Of a stretch of 37,994 nt of DNA, positions 1 through 10,900 are shown piece by piece. Both the position numbers and the translations under genes were made by a program. The stretch covers positions 1-37,994 of the forward strand of contig JANLUE010001505.1 of the NCBI GenBank assembly GCA_031363325.1, given 5' to 3'. How positions within the stretch are numbered: the first letter of the stretch is position 1; the number at the start of each line of letters is the position of its first letter. The notes under the pieces are model-generated. The model was not told the origin of the DNA. It did no database searches and saw only the letters and a program-made list of their open reading frames with translations. Origin of the DNA: Gemmataceae bacterium. GTDB taxonomy: Bacteria > Planctomycetota > Planctomycetia > Gemmatales > Gemmataceae.

Positions 1-164
1 TCGCGTGCTTGGCCCGCCAATCTCCCCAGCCAACCTGACCGAGCTTCAGGCCGCCCGACCGCGCGCATAGAATGGACAGCTACTCGCGTACTGCCGAGCG
101 GAGGGCTGTGCGGCGAAAGAATCCAGGTGCAGGAAGTTGAAAAATACGCACATCCCTTTCACAC

Positions 165-1616
165 TCACCCAATCTTCTGCCACTTCCTTCCGTCTCTCGC
201 CAGCAACTCGTCGCCGCTCGCGGGGCCGTCGCTGCCGCTCGCGTAGCTCTGGATCGGCGGGCCATTGGCCGACTCGGTGGCTTTGATCAAGGGGTCCATG
301 ATTTCCCAGGAACGCTCGATCTCGTCGCCGCGCATGAACAGCGATGCGTCTCCCTGGAGCGCGTCCAACAGCAGGCGTTCGTAGGCTTCGGGCAGAGCGC
401 CGTAAGTGCCCTTGTAGTCGAAGAACAGGTCGCGCGATTGCAAGGCGCTGCCGTCGATCGATGGCACTTTCGTTTGAAACGTGAGCTTGATCCCCTCGTT
501 CGGTTGCACGACGATCGTCAGCCGATTCGGCTCGGGTTCGTGGCCGGCGAGTTGCGGGAACAGGCGGAACGGCGGGTCGCGGAACTGGATCGCGACTTCG
601 CTGTAACGGCTTCGCAGGGCTTTGCCGCTTCGCAAATAGAACGGCACGCCCTTCCAGCGCCAGTTTTCGATTTGCAGCTTCACGGCCGCGTACGTCGGCG
701 TTCGCGACGTCTTCGGCACGCCGGGTTCGTTCAAATACCCCTCGTATTGCCCGAGCGCCACGCAGGCGCACGCTTCATCGGCCGATGGGGCCACGATCGA
801 ATCGAGCACTTTGACTTTTTCATTGCGAAGTCGATCGGAAGTGAGTCGACTCGGGGGCTCCATGGCGACGAGAGTCATCACCTGGAGCAAATGGCTCTGG
901 ATCATGTCGCGCAGGACGCCGCTCGTGTCGTAGTAACCGGCCCGCTTGCCGACCGGAACCTTCTCGGCCACCGTGATCTGCACGTGGTCGATGTAGCGCC
1001 GATTCCAGAGCGGCTCGAACATCGAGTTGGCGAGCCGAAACACCAGGATGTTCTGAACCGTGTCTTTGCCGAGGTAGTGATCGATGCGATAGATCTGTTT
1101 TTCGCGGAAGTGTTGATGCAGTTCTTCATTGACCTTGAGCGCACTGGGCACGTCGTGGCCGAAGGGCTTCTCGACGACGAGCCGCCGGAAGCCGCCGTCT
1201 TCCTTGGTGAAGCCGGCCTCGCCGAGTCGGCCGGCGATCTTGGTGTAGAGTTCCGGCGCGACGGAGAAATAGTAAAGCCGATCGCCGCCCTTGTCGCCTT
1301 CGTGCTTCTTGAGCCAGTCGGCCAGGTGTTGCACGCCACCCGGCTCGGCCGCGTCGCCCGGCACGTAGTGCAATCGCCGGGCGAAGCGGTTCCACGTGCC
1401 GGGGTACCAGCTCTCCTCCATGGCGACGATCGCTTCTTTGACCTTCGGCTCCATCAATTGGCGGAACGCCTCGGACGTGTAGTTCGTTCGCGCCACACCG
1501 ACGACGTTCGCGTCCTCGGGCAACAGGCCCATCGAATCGAGCCGAAACAGGGCGGGGATGAGCTTGCGCGAAGTCAGGTCGCCGGACGCGCCGAAGATAA
1601 TGATCGTGGCTGGCAT
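165..1616 (-). CDS. zwf: glucose-6-phosphate 1-dehydrogenase
   Basis: Full-length 483-aa ORF. It has the N-terminal dinucleotide-binding motif [13 protein letters not shown] and the family signature RIDHYLGKD. Confidence 0.95.
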   Translation of the reverse strand: MPATIIIFGASGDLTSRKLIPALFRLDSMGLLPEDANVVGVARTNYTSEAFRQLMEPKVKEAIVAMEESWYPGTWNRFARRLHYVPGDAAEPGGVQHLADWLKKHEGDKGGDRLYYFSVAPELYTKIAGRLGEAGFTKEDGGFRRLVVEKPFGHDVPSALKVNEELHQHFREKQIYRIDHYLGKDTVQNILVFRLANSMFEPLWNRRYIDHVQITVAEKVPVGKRAGYYDTSGVLRDMIQSHLLQVMTLVAMEPPSRLTSDRLRNEKVKVLDSIVAPSADEACACVALGQYEGYLNEPGVPKTSRTPTYAAVKLQIENWRWKGVPFYLRSGKALRSRYSEVAIQFRDPPFRLFPQLAGHEPEPNRLTIVVQPNEGIKLTFQTKVPSIDGSALQSRDLFFDYKGTYGALPEAYERLLLDALQGDASLFMRGDEIERSWEIMDPLIKATESANGPPIQSYASGSDGPASGDELLARDGRKWQKIG

Positions 1617-1679
1617 GTGGCCTCAATTCGGGGGGTGACGTTGCGTCTTCCAGTGTTTTATTGGTAGGGGAGCGCCAAC

Positions 1680-2133
1680 TCAGCGGTCGAGGTTCTGGAA
1701 ATTGGCCCGAGCCATGGCGGCGAACTCGGCGTTGTCCTCGGTACATTTACGAATCTTCGATTCGACTTGGGCCAGTTGATTGACAAATCGAGCATCGGAG
1801 ACGCTTCGAAGTATGTCGCGAAAATCGAGAGTTTGGCGCAGGACGTCGCAAGGGGAACAGGTTCTTCTTGATTGCTCATTGCAGCGATGACACGACCAGG
1901 AGATTCGACCACTCGTAGGCAAGCCAGAAATACCCCGGACGCGAGAGAGGGTCGGAAGCGCGTTGCTTGACTCCGGACTTTGGCCGAAAGTGTTCGACCG
2001 CGCCGAACGCGACGTGGAGGAAGGCCGATTCGCAAAACGCGCATTTCGAGTGCTGAGCGACGACGAGCGCGTCCTTGACAACCTTGTTCGCGTAGATCGA
2101 TTTCTTGAATTGAAACTGGATTGCGCCATTCAC
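1680..2133 (-). pseudogene. HNH endonuclease of the type found beside ABC-like ATPases, disrupted by local frameshifts
   Basis: ORF 1876..2133 reads ...KCAFCES...VEHFRPK...YEWSNLL and then hits a stop. The expected SCHRCN core lies in a second frame over about 8 codons. KKNLFPL resumes in the first frame. The C-terminal part continues in the frame of ORF 1680..2129. Confidence 0.55.
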
Positions 2134-2212
2134 ATGCTCTCGAACGAGCGTTTCTTTCTCGGCTCGACCGCGAGATTCGAGGATCGCGGGAGCAGCAGGT
2201 TGCGAATGCGAA

Positions 2213-2550
2213 TCATTGGGCGAGACCGAGCTCCTTCTTCAGCAAATCCATTGTTCGACGCATTTCGGCTCGTTCCTTGACCTAGCCGCCGTGTTTCCCA
2301 CGGGCAAATCGCCGATCTTCTCTTCAAGCTCCGCCACGCGCCGGCGGTCGGCCGGTGTGAGTTTCGACTTGGTCAGAAGGCTCTGACGCTCTTCCAACAC
2401 GGGCTCCATCCATTGTGGACGTGTCGTCGGTAACCCGAACAAGTCGCTCGTCAGAATCTGATCGACGCGCCAGTTTCGGATGTTGTCGACTTCGTTGTCG
2501 ATCACAACATGATCGCCTTCGCGGCGCAAAACGGCTAGTAACACAGCCAT
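2213..2550 (-). pseudogene. possible C-terminal fragment of an ABC/AAA-type ATPase (hypothetical)
   Basis: About 103 aa from the ATG at 2550: MAVLLAVLRREGDHVVIDNEVDN...WRVDQILTSDLFGL...ELEEKIGDLP. VVIDNE resembles a Walker-B region. No Walker-A region exists, because the Uma2 gene occupies the upstream space. A plausible C-terminus (AEMRRTMDLLKKELGLAQ) lies in another frame. Confidence 0.3.
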
Positions 2551-2719
2551 GAACAGAAACGGCTCAGTGCGACGAGCCGTTTCTGTTCCCGGTCGGGAGG
2601 TGGGAGATAGACAATTCGCAATCGCTACGTCGGAGGAGAAGCGAACGAGCTGTGATCGGGTCGAATCGAGATTTCCATGGCAACGCCGCGCGCGGTTCGA
2701 CAAACGATTTCGCTTCGAT

Positions 2720-3493
2720 CTACGGATTCGTCCGGGATTTCGCGAGCATCGCGTTCAAGCGGGCGACCTCGGCTTCCGCCAAGTCGGCCCGTCCTTTCTC
2801 CGTCTCGGCCCGGTGCATCTCCGCTTCCGCCCGCAGTCGCTCGGCCTTCGCCCGTTCCGATCCGGTCGGCAGCACGCGACCCTCTTTGTCGAAGAACCGC
2901 AGCCACTTCGCGTCGTAGCCGCTAATCTCGCCCGGCCACGAGCCCAGGAACAGCTCCAGTTCGTCGCAATACAGTCGCCCACGCTCGTCGGGTCGAATTG
3001 GCACGTAGCGCTTCTTTTCCAGCCGCCAACCTTCGAGCACGTTCGTGTCCGGGTCGAAGACGAAATAGTTGCCGACCTTCAGAATTTCCCGGTAGATCTT
3101 GGACTTCGGCCCGACATCCTCTTGTTTGGTCGAGCGCGACAGGAGTTCGATCACCACGTCGGGCGTCTTGAGGTCTTCTTCCCATACGACCCAATAGTCT
3201 CGCATCGGCTGACGGTGCGTGTCCCACACGAAGAAGAAGTCCGGGCCGCGGAAGTCTTTGTTCCGCACCTGCTCCGGGCTGTAGTAGATGAACATGTTGC
3301 CGCCGACGTAATAGTCGGTTCGGCCCGCCAGATAGTCGTCGATCTGTTCGATGAGGAGCGTCATGCACCGGAGGTGCCAGTGACTTTCCATGGGCACTCC
3401 GTCCGATTCGACGAAGGGCAACGACTCGAGCTCCGCCAGGAGGCGTTCCGAGCCGCAGTCAGGTACCTTCGGGGTCACAGTGGCTGTGCTCAT
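2720..3493 (-). CDS. Uma2-family (DUF820) PD-(D/E)xK-like endonuclease
   Basis: Typical Uma2 layout: ...ESHWHLRCMTLL...YYVGGNMFIYY...PDFFFVW...PDVVIELLSRSTKQEDVGPKSKIYREILKVGNYFVFDP. A charged coiled-coil tail follows. The ATG at 3493 is preferred over the GTG at 3502. Confidence 0.85.
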   Translation of the reverse strand: MSTATVTPKVPDCGSERLLAELESLPFVESDGVPMESHWHLRCMTLLIEQIDDYLAGRTDYYVGGNMFIYYSPEQVRNKDFRGPDFFFVWDTHRQPMRDYWVVWEEDLKTPDVVIELLSRSTKQEDVGPKSKIYREILKVGNYFVFDPDTNVLEGWRLEKKRYVPIRPDERGRLYCDELELFLGSWPGEISGYDAKWLRFFDKEGRVLPTGSERAKAERLRAEAEMHRAETEKGRADLAEAEVARLNAMLAKSRTNP

Positions 3494-3515
3494 CTCTCTC
3501 ACAATGAAATTGGGC

Positions 3516-4985
3516 CTACCCCTTCGGCTCCCTCAAAATCCGAATCATGTTCTTTTTGTACGCCTCGACGCCAGGTTGGCCGTACGGGTTCACGCCCAAC
3601 AGTCGGCCTTCCACGACGGTGGCCAACATCAACATTTGCATCACCTGGCCCATCGTGTGTTCGGAGAGGGTCGGCAGGATAAGTTCGCTCGTGGCGCGGG
3701 CCGATTCGGCGTAGGCCTGGTTTGTGCCCTGGTAGGCGGCGTTCAGCACGTCGGGGAGCGTTTTACGGGCCAGCGAGTTCAGGTCGTCTTCGTTGCGGTC
3801 GGCCATGCCGATCTGAATTGGCGCGTGGCGGGTGCCCTTCACGAACACGTTGTTGATCAGCTTGTCCCGCGTGCCATCCTGATGCTGTTGGCCACGCGAG
3901 TGCAAGTCGCGCGTCTGCACAACGGTGATCGGCGTCGGGCCTTTACCCTGCTTGCCTAACGACTCCGAGAGGAGTTGGTCGTACCACCAGCCGAGCGCTT
4001 CGAGTTTCTTCGACCAGACGGCCATCACTCGCGTGTGCTTGCCGAGTTCCTCCGACATCAGGTGATTCACGGCGGCATATTGCAGAACGGGGTTCCGTTC
4101 GAATGGCTCTTCGAGGAACCGCCGCGTCATCGTCGAGGCACCGAGAAGGAGCGCGAGCGTATCGAGCCCCAGGATCGCGGCGGGCAAGAGGCCGACGGCC
4201 GTGAAGACCGAGAATCGACCGCCGACGCCATCGGGGATCTTGAGGACTTCGTTGTCGGCGAAGCCGTCGGCCACGCACAGGTCGCGAAGCTTGCCGGCCG
4301 GGCCCGTCACGGGAACGATGTAATGCCGCAGTTCCTGGGGGTTGTTGCCGTAGAACCGAGCCAGTTCCGCCCGCACGACGCGATAGATGCTCGCGGTCTC
4401 AAGTGTCCCGCCCGACTTGGAGATGACGACCGCTCCCCAACGTTCGGCCCGGAGCTCGGGGTCGACGCAGGTGTTCTCCAACAGGTCGAGCAGGTCTTGA
4501 AGCGCGTCGTTATCGACCGCGTTGCCTTCGAAGTACATGCGCGGCTTGCCGAGCCGCATGCGATCGGGAAGTTCGTTGTGGTAAGTTTGACCGAGTGCGT
4601 CGAAGAGGGCCTTCGCGCCGAGGTACGAGCCGCCGATCCCAAGCACGACCACACGATCCACGTTCTCACGCAGTTTCGTGGCCTGGGCCATGATCTTGCC
4701 GAGTTCGCTGTTCTCTCCTTTGCGGCGATACTGATCCATCAACTTGGCGGGCAAGTCGATGAACCCCGTATCGAGGGGGAGCATCTTGGGCGGAACATTC
4801 GCCTGCGATTGACGTTCGGCCGCGACCTGTTGGCGGACTTGCATCAGCTGCTGTTTGACCGCTTCGAGCCGTTCCGGCCGAAGATAATGCGCCGACTGGA
4901 GTTCCGCGAGGGGAGTGAACGCATCCGCGTGCGGCGTGAGCAGCCCGGCATAATTGAATTCAATCGCTTCGTCGGGGAGCTGCAT
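3516..4985 (-). CDS. pgi: glucose-6-phosphate isomerase
   Basis: 489 aa from the ATG at 4985 (MQLPDEAIEF...). SIS-domain motif VVVLGIGGSYLGAKAL. The longer 747-aa ORF would overlap apgM and its extension is Arg/Ser/Pro-rich junk. Confidence 0.9.
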   Translation of the reverse strand: MQLPDEAIEFNYAGLLTPHADAFTPLAELQSAHYLRPERLEAVKQQLMQVRQQVAAERQSQANVPPKMLPLDTGFIDLPAKLMDQYRRKGENSELGKIMAQATKLRENVDRVVVLGIGGSYLGAKALFDALGQTYHNELPDRMRLGKPRMYFEGNAVDNDALQDLLDLLENTCVDPELRAERWGAVVISKSGGTLETASIYRVVRAELARFYGNNPQELRHYIVPVTGPAGKLRDLCVADGFADNEVLKIPDGVGGRFSVFTAVGLLPAAILGLDTLALLLGASTMTRRFLEEPFERNPVLQYAAVNHLMSEELGKHTRVMAVWSKKLEALGWWYDQLLSESLGKQGKGPTPITVVQTRDLHSRGQQHQDGTRDKLINNVFVKGTRHAPIQIGMADRNEDDLNSLARKTLPDVLNAAYQGTNQAYAESARATSELILPTLSEHTMGQVMQMLMLATVVEGRLLGVNPYGQPGVEAYKKNMIRILREPKG

Positions 4986-5091
4986 GTCGGCCGCCGGTTC
5001 GGTACGGACGCGCGGCGGGGCGCGCACCCCAACCCACGTTCCAAACTCGACAATACTGTACGTCACTTTCGGCCGGGCGTAAACTCCCCGC

Positions 5092-6294
5092 ATGAACATA
5101 CATGAACTGATCGCCGACCTGCGCGAAAGCAACGACTCGAAGATAATCTTGCTCGTGGCCGACGGACTCGGTGGCCTGCCGCTCGAACCCGGCGGCAAGA
5201 CCGAGCTCGAAACCGCCCGCACGCCGAACCTCGATTCGTGTGCGAAGGCCGGCACTTGCGGGTCGAGCATTCCTGTCCTGCCGGGTATCACGCCGGGTAG
5301 TGGGCCTGGGCACCTTGGGCTATTTGGGTACGACCCGCTCGAGTATCGAATCGGCCGGGGCATCCTCGAAGCGCTCGGGATCAACTTCGCAGTCGGAGCG
5401 AAGGACGTGGCCGTCCGCGGCAACTTTGTCACGCTCGAGAACGGGCTCATCAAGGATCGCCGGGCTGGCCGACCTACGACCGAACGATGTATCGCGATGG
5501 TCGAGAAGATGCGCCAGATCAAGGTGTCCGGCGTCGAGGTGTTCGTCGAGGCGGTCAAGGAACATCGCTTCGTCGCGGTATTCCGTGGCGATGGCCTCGG
5601 CGATCGCGTGAACGACACCGACCCCCAGGCCGTTGGCGTGAAGCCGCTCACGGCCGAGGGGGCGGACGAACCATCGAAGCGGACGGCCGTCGCCGTGAAC
5701 GAGTTCATCACCCAGGTCGGCCGCCTATTGAAAGATGACGCCCCAACGAACGGCTGCACGTTGCGTGGCTTCGCGCGCTATCCGAAGATCGGCACGATGC
5801 AGGAAGTGTACGGCCTCAAGGCGGCGGCCATCGCGGTCTACCCGATGTACAAGGGCCTGGCCCGACTGGTCGGCATGGACGTACTCGACGCGGGCGAGAC
5901 GCTCGACTCGCAGGTCGCGACGCTAAAACGAGTCTGGGGCCAATTCGATTTCTTCTTCCTCCACTACAAGTACACCGACAGCACCGGCGAGGACGGCAAT
6001 TTCCCGAAGAAAGTCGAGATGATCGAGAAGCTCGACGCCGCGATCCCCGGCATGTTGGAATTGAATCCGGACGTGTTCATCGTGACCGGCGACCACAGCA
6101 CGCCGAGCAAGATGAAGTCGCACTCGTGGCACCCGGTGCCGACACTCATCCGAGCAAAGATGGCCCGGACGGACTCGGTCACGGAGTTCGGCGAAGAAGC
6201 GTGCCTCCGCGGCGGCCTCGGCCAATTTGAAGCGAAACACCTGATGCTCTTGGCCATGGCCCACGCGGGGCGACTCGGGAAGTATGGGGCGTGA
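5092..6294 (+). CDS. apgM: cofactor-independent phosphoglycerate mutase, archaeal type
   Basis: 400 aa. It has ILLVADGLGG, RFVAVFRG, FFFLHYKYTDSTGEDG and IVTGDHSTP, all typical of the ApgM family. Confidence 0.9.
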   Translation: MNIHELIADLRESNDSKIILLVADGLGGLPLEPGGKTELETARTPNLDSCAKAGTCGSSIPVLPGITPGSGPGHLGLFGYDPLEYRIGRGILEALGINFAVGAKDVAVRGNFVTLENGLIKDRRAGRPTTERCIAMVEKMRQIKVSGVEVFVEAVKEHRFVAVFRGDGLGDRVNDTDPQAVGVKPLTAEGADEPSKRTAVAVNEFITQVGRLLKDDAPTNGCTLRGFARYPKIGTMQEVYGLKAAAIAVYPMYKGLARLVGMDVLDAGETLDSQVATLKRVWGQFDFFFLHYKYTDSTGEDGNFPKKVEMIEKLDAAIPGMLELNPDVFIVTGDHSTPSKMKSHSWHPVPTLIRAKMARTDSVTEFGEEACLRGGLGQFEAKHLMLLAMAHAGRLGKYGA

Positions 6295-6333
6295 TTATCT
6301 CGCTCTAAGCTTGATCGACAGGCCGCCCGCCCG

Positions 6334-7491
6334 ATGGAAGTTCGATCCATGAGGCGTTGGAGTCTCAACATCGTTCGGTTGTTACTCGCGACGCTCGCGC
6401 TCGCGAGCGTCTGGGTTCATCGATTGACTCCAACTCCCGACCGGACGATTCAAACGGCGGCGAAGCGTTACCGCGACGATTCGACGGGTCTCCGAACGGC
6501 CTGGACGCTCCGGACAATTTCAGACGACCAACGACAAGTCATCTGGGAAAAGTCGGTTGGCGATCATTTTGATTCCGATGATTGGCTCGAATTGATCGAC
6601 CTCGACACGGGTACCAATTGTTCGCCGGCCCATTGGTCGATTCCAGCGCGATATGCCGGCCCGGCGCGGTCGCATCGTGGCCCGGCCTCGTTCGCACATC
6701 TCTTGCACAACCGCGAGGGACGGGAATTCCTGCTCGACGCAAACGCGTGGCGAAGTTTGGATAACCGATTTCGGGCCGCCATGGCGCTCGAAGACGACCC
6801 GGAGCCGGCGTTGCCGAGTACTCTTCGGTTCAGTTCCGACGCGCGTTTTCTCGAATACCAGACACTTGGCGATCGGCCGATGTGGTTCGTCGATTGCTTT
6901 TCTGGTGATGCAATTGTCGTCGAGGAAACCCGAACGGGCCAACGAATTGCGAAGTTCGACAACGGAAGTTACTTCGGTCACTCCCACAGTTTGTTCCTCG
7001 TGGACGAGCGGCCCGGAAACCGTTTCGACGAACAACTCCTCCTCACGATGCGCGACGTGCGCGCCGACATCGCGAGATTCGAACTCTTGCTTCCATCGCG
7101 TCCGGTGGCGTTGACGTTTAACGATCGATACGTGATCGCACAGTTGAGCACGAGCACCCAATGGTGGGACGCGACCAACGGTCGTTTGCTCGGCGAGTAC
7201 CCGGCCCAGGCGACCCCTTGGTTTGTCGAGAACGGCCAGACCGCCGTCTTTCAAAGTCGAATTACCGGCGATTTTGAGTACTTCGACGCCTGGACCGGCG
7301 AGTCGCGCGAAACGTGGAATCCGCTCGGGATCGGCCGTCCCAGCGACCTGATCTTCGCAATCTGGCCTCGACCCGCCGAATCGTATGCCGTGCAGTCCCC
7401 TAAGTCATTCCGACGAACCAATGGTCGTGTGACTCGAATTCTCGACCGACTCAACGTGGACCGTCCCAATTCACGCGAAGGCGATTCCTAG
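6334..7491 (+). CDS. hypothetical membrane-anchored or secreted protein
   Basis: 385-aa ORF with an N-terminal hydrophobic segment (IVRLLLATLALASVWV). No recognisable catalytic motif. Confidence 0.55.
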   Translation: MEVRSMRRWSLNIVRLLLATLALASVWVHRLTPTPDRTIQTAAKRYRDDSTGLRTAWTLRTISDDQRQVIWEKSVGDHFDSDDWLELIDLDTGTNCSPAHWSIPARYAGPARSHRGPASFAHLLHNREGREFLLDANAWRSLDNRFRAAMALEDDPEPALPSTLRFSSDARFLEYQTLGDRPMWFVDCFSGDAIVVEETRTGQRIAKFDNGSYFGHSHSLFLVDERPGNRFDEQLLLTMRDVRADIARFELLLPSRPVALTFNDRYVIAQLSTSTQWWDATNGRLLGEYPAQATPWFVENGQTAVFQSRITGDFEYFDAWTGESRETWNPLGIGRPSDLIFAIWPRPAESYAVQSPKSFRRTNGRVTRILDRLNVDRPNSREGDS

Positions 7492-7730
7492 TGTTCGATG
7501 TCGGCGCGCGGCGAACCTTTGGCCGGGTCCCCGGCGATTTGGCTGCGATATCTCTCAATCACCAATGGCTCGCGACGCTCAACTCGGATGGACTCGTCCG
7601 TATCTGGGAATTGCCTTTACATCGACCTTGGGGTCGCGCGATCCTCAGTTCGGCCTACGCCGCGGCCGCGATGTGGTTCATGTTGAGCGTTTGGCGCTAT
7701 CGAGTTCGACGAAAGGTTGAGAAGGAGTGA
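7491..7730 (+). CDS. hypothetical protein with one WD40-like repeat and a C-terminal TM helix
   Basis: 79-aa ORF from a GTG that overlaps the upstream TAG by 1 nt (taGtg). It contains LATLNSDGLVRIWEL and the hydrophobic AILSSAYAAAAMWFMLSVW. Confidence 0.4.
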   Translation: MFDVGARRTFGRVPGDLAAISLNHQWLATLNSDGLVRIWELPLHRPWGRAILSSAYAAAAMWFMLSVWRYRVRRKVEKE

Positions 7731-7929
7731 CCGTGTTTGGACGTGAGCGCCATTCGAGATGATGCTGCGACCCCTCCGGGGTCGTGCGGGTCTGGCGATT
7801 GCAAACCGGGGAATGGGGATAAAGCTACTTCTCTGATTTTCGGCTTTGGAATGTCACCTTCGATGATCTTTGGTGGATTCCCCCACAATCTATTCTGGGA
7901 AGAGACCCGGCAAAAGTGCGTTCGTGAAA

Positions 7930-7956
7930 TAGCCCTCTCGCTTCGCGAGAGGGCTA
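7930..7956 (-). terminator. hairpin between convergent genes (putative terminator)
   Basis: tagccctctcgc-ttc-gcgagagggcta forms a perfect 12-bp stem. On the minus strand it lies 13 nt after the stop of the 1730-aa gene and is followed by UUUCACG, a weak U-tract. Confidence 0.5.
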
Positions 7957-7968
7957 CGCGGCCAACTG

Positions 7969-10900
7969 TCAGTTCCCCGTCCGATTGAACTCCAAGGCGT
8001 TGATGACGGCCAACGGGTCCTGACCGCCGTTGTCGGCGATCCGCACGGTGAGTTGCCCGTCGCTGACTCGCACCGAGTAGGTCTGCTTGTGGAACTGGCC
8101 CGCCGACGTGTTCAAATTGTTCTCGCGACGACTGCCTTCCAGGTACAGTTGCATGCGGTCGCGACGAATCGAGTGGTCGCCCATCGTGACGGTCACCGAG
8201 TAGGTTCCGTTCGGCACGTTCACCGAGAACGTGCCATCCGCCGTCGCGTTGAAGTCCCGATTCACGCTGTTCGCCGGGCTGCCCCGATCGACCGACGAAA
8301 TGGTTCCAGCCGACCAGCCGAAGCCATCGAAGTTGTTGTGGATAGTTCCCGCATGAACGCGCGTGAAGCCGGAGACGACGGGCGAGTTGGCAGTCCCGAA
8401 ATCGAACTTGGCACTCGTGAAGGTTCGGCGTTCGTCGTCCGTCACGGTCACGCCGGCCGAGTTCGGGAAGAAGCCGGCGGCCGAGGCCGTGATCGTGACC
8501 GACTGCGGTCCATCGAGGATGGTATCGTTGATGGCCGAGACGCGGAACGTCACGGACGACTTGCCGGCCGGGATGGTGACCGTCGCTGGCACGCGGGCTT
8601 CGGTCGTATCACTGCTCGCCAGTGTCACGACCAGGGCGGAAACCGTCGAACCGCTTCGAGTGACCGTGCCGGTCGCCGCGTTGGTCCCGGCCGCCTCGCT
8701 GAAGGTCGTCGGGTTGATCGACAGCGTGAGGAACTCTTCGTTGTCGGTAACGGACACGTTCGTCGAAGCAGACGTGTAGTTGACCGCCGACACGGAGATC
8801 GTGACGGTCTGCGTCAAGTCGGCGATCGTGTCGTCGACGGCGGTCACCGGGAACGTGGCCGACGCCTGGCCGGCCGGGATCGTGACAGTCGTCGGGACGG
8901 TCGCTTCGGACGTATCGTTGCTCGACAGGTTCACGGTGACCGGCAGGCTCAGGTCGCCCGTGCGTGTCACGGTGCCGGTCGCCGCGTTCGATCCGGCCGT
9001 CTCGCTGAAGGTGCTCGGTGCGATGGACAGTGTCAGCCGGTCGGCGACTTTCTTGATCGTCATCGCGTTGATCGCGACTTTGTTCGTGGCCCCGCCCAGA
9101 TCCTTGAACCGGGCGGTCAACTGGCCGTCGAGGATCGACACGACGTAAGTTCGAGTCACGGTGGAACCAATCGCGTCGACGGTGTCGACCGGCGTTCCTT
9201 CGAACGAAACCTGCATCTGGTCGAACGTGAGGCCCGCCTGGGCGCCAAAGGTCACGGTGACTTCGTAGGTTCCGGTCGGAAGGTCGGCGGCGAACGTCGA
9301 GTCGGCCGTGTCGATGTAATCTTCGAGGAGGGGATCGTTGAAGCCCGAGTACCAGCCGTACCGATCGGCGCCGCTCGTCCAGCCCGTGCGCGTGTAGACG
9401 TTGTAATCCTGGGTGTATTCGACGAGCGAGTAGCCCGCTGGCTGGGTCGAGAAGTAGACGCCGAAGTCAAGATACAGGTCGGCGTACGGCGGCGTGCCGG
9501 TCGATTGATCGCCGAAGTTCAAGTTGTCCCGGACGACGCCACGAACGCCCTGGGACAGATAGAACCCAGGTCGCGTGTCGTTCGCGCCGTAGAGCTTACG
9601 CACTTCGTCGATGTCGAGAACCGAAAGGTTCGTGTACTCGCCGAACAGGTTCGGGCTCATGACGGCGGGCAAGGTGTACGGCACTCCGGTCGTGTGGGCG
9701 ACGCCGATCGAGTGCCCGATTTCATGAAGGGCCACCGAGAAGTAGTCGTAGGCCGATTGTTGGCCGTTCCCGATGGTCAGGTCCCAGGTCTCGGCGAAGT
9801 CCATCCAGACGACGCCGCTGGACATGTTGCTCGGGCCGCCGCTGCCGAACGATGCCGCCCCAAGCACGCCGTTCGGGAGACTGGATAGGCCGAGGGCCGC
9901 GAGGTCGCCCGTCCCAATCGTGATGATGTCCGCCGTCGGGGCAGTGGTGTTTCGTGTGAAGCGAATCTTGCCGCCGGTCGCTTGTTCCCAGCCATCGAGG
10001 GCCGTACGAACGAGCGCTTGCTGTTCCGGTGAGATGGAGTTCGAGTAACCGTTCCAATCCCGGAAGTCGTACCAGAGATCGGTCACGTTCGGCGTCGACG
10101 GGTCTCGATCGGCCCAGGACCCGTAACTCGGCTCGAACCCGGTCGCACCGGAGTAGACGCTGTTCCCCAGAGTCGGCGAGGTGGTTCGCCAGTAGGGGGC
10201 CGGCCGTTCCGAGACGACATAGGGCCCCGGATCGCGAGCCTTCAGTGTGAAGTGTCCGTCGACGTCGGTCGTGGCCTGTGGCTCCTGGGTATCGGGCGAA
10301 CCGTTGGCGTTCAGGTCCAGGAACATCGTCCAGCCGGGCAGGCCGGGCTCGCCGACGTCTTGCGTGCCGTTGCCGTTCAGGTCGTTGTACTTGGTGCCCT
10401 GGAACACGGCGGGCTTGAACTGGAAGCCCAGATCGTTGCCCGATGAGTTTCCGTCGGCGGCCAGGTTGATCGTGTAGGCCGCATTGTTGGCCGGGTACGT
10501 CTGAAGCGTGTCCACGCGCGTGAGTAGGCGAACAGAGTAGGTGCCGGGATTGAGTCCCGTGAAACGATACGTGCCAAATCCGTTCGTGCGGTACGCTGGC
10601 TCGCCGGAGTCGAGCAGCGCGTTGGTGTTCAAGTCGAGATACGCGACCTGATCTTCGCGAGGGAACCCGCTGAGTGTTTGGCCGTCGCCGATCGCATCTT
10701 CAATGATCGAACCCGAAATTTCTCCCGGCAAGGGTCGGCTGCCGAAGTCGAGGTTGCCGCGGACATCGTTGATCTGAACGGTCACGGAATTGGCCGCGGC
10801 CGTCTGCGAATACAACTCGGTGGAATAGATTCCCGCCAGCGTGCCGACGACCAGTCGCGGCGTCGGGGCCATCGTATAACTCAGCGCGAACTGGCCGTAG

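Noticed and set aside
1-164. Possible partial gene at the left window edge (minus-strand ATG near 66..68 reading out of the window)
   Set aside because: Only about 22 codons are visible and they carry no motif. This is insufficient to call.
4986-5759. N-terminal 258-aa extension of the pgi ORF (747-aa version)
   Set aside because: The extension overlaps apgM on the opposite strand and is Ser/Pro/Arg-rich without motifs. Homology-like sequence begins at the MQLPDE start (4985).
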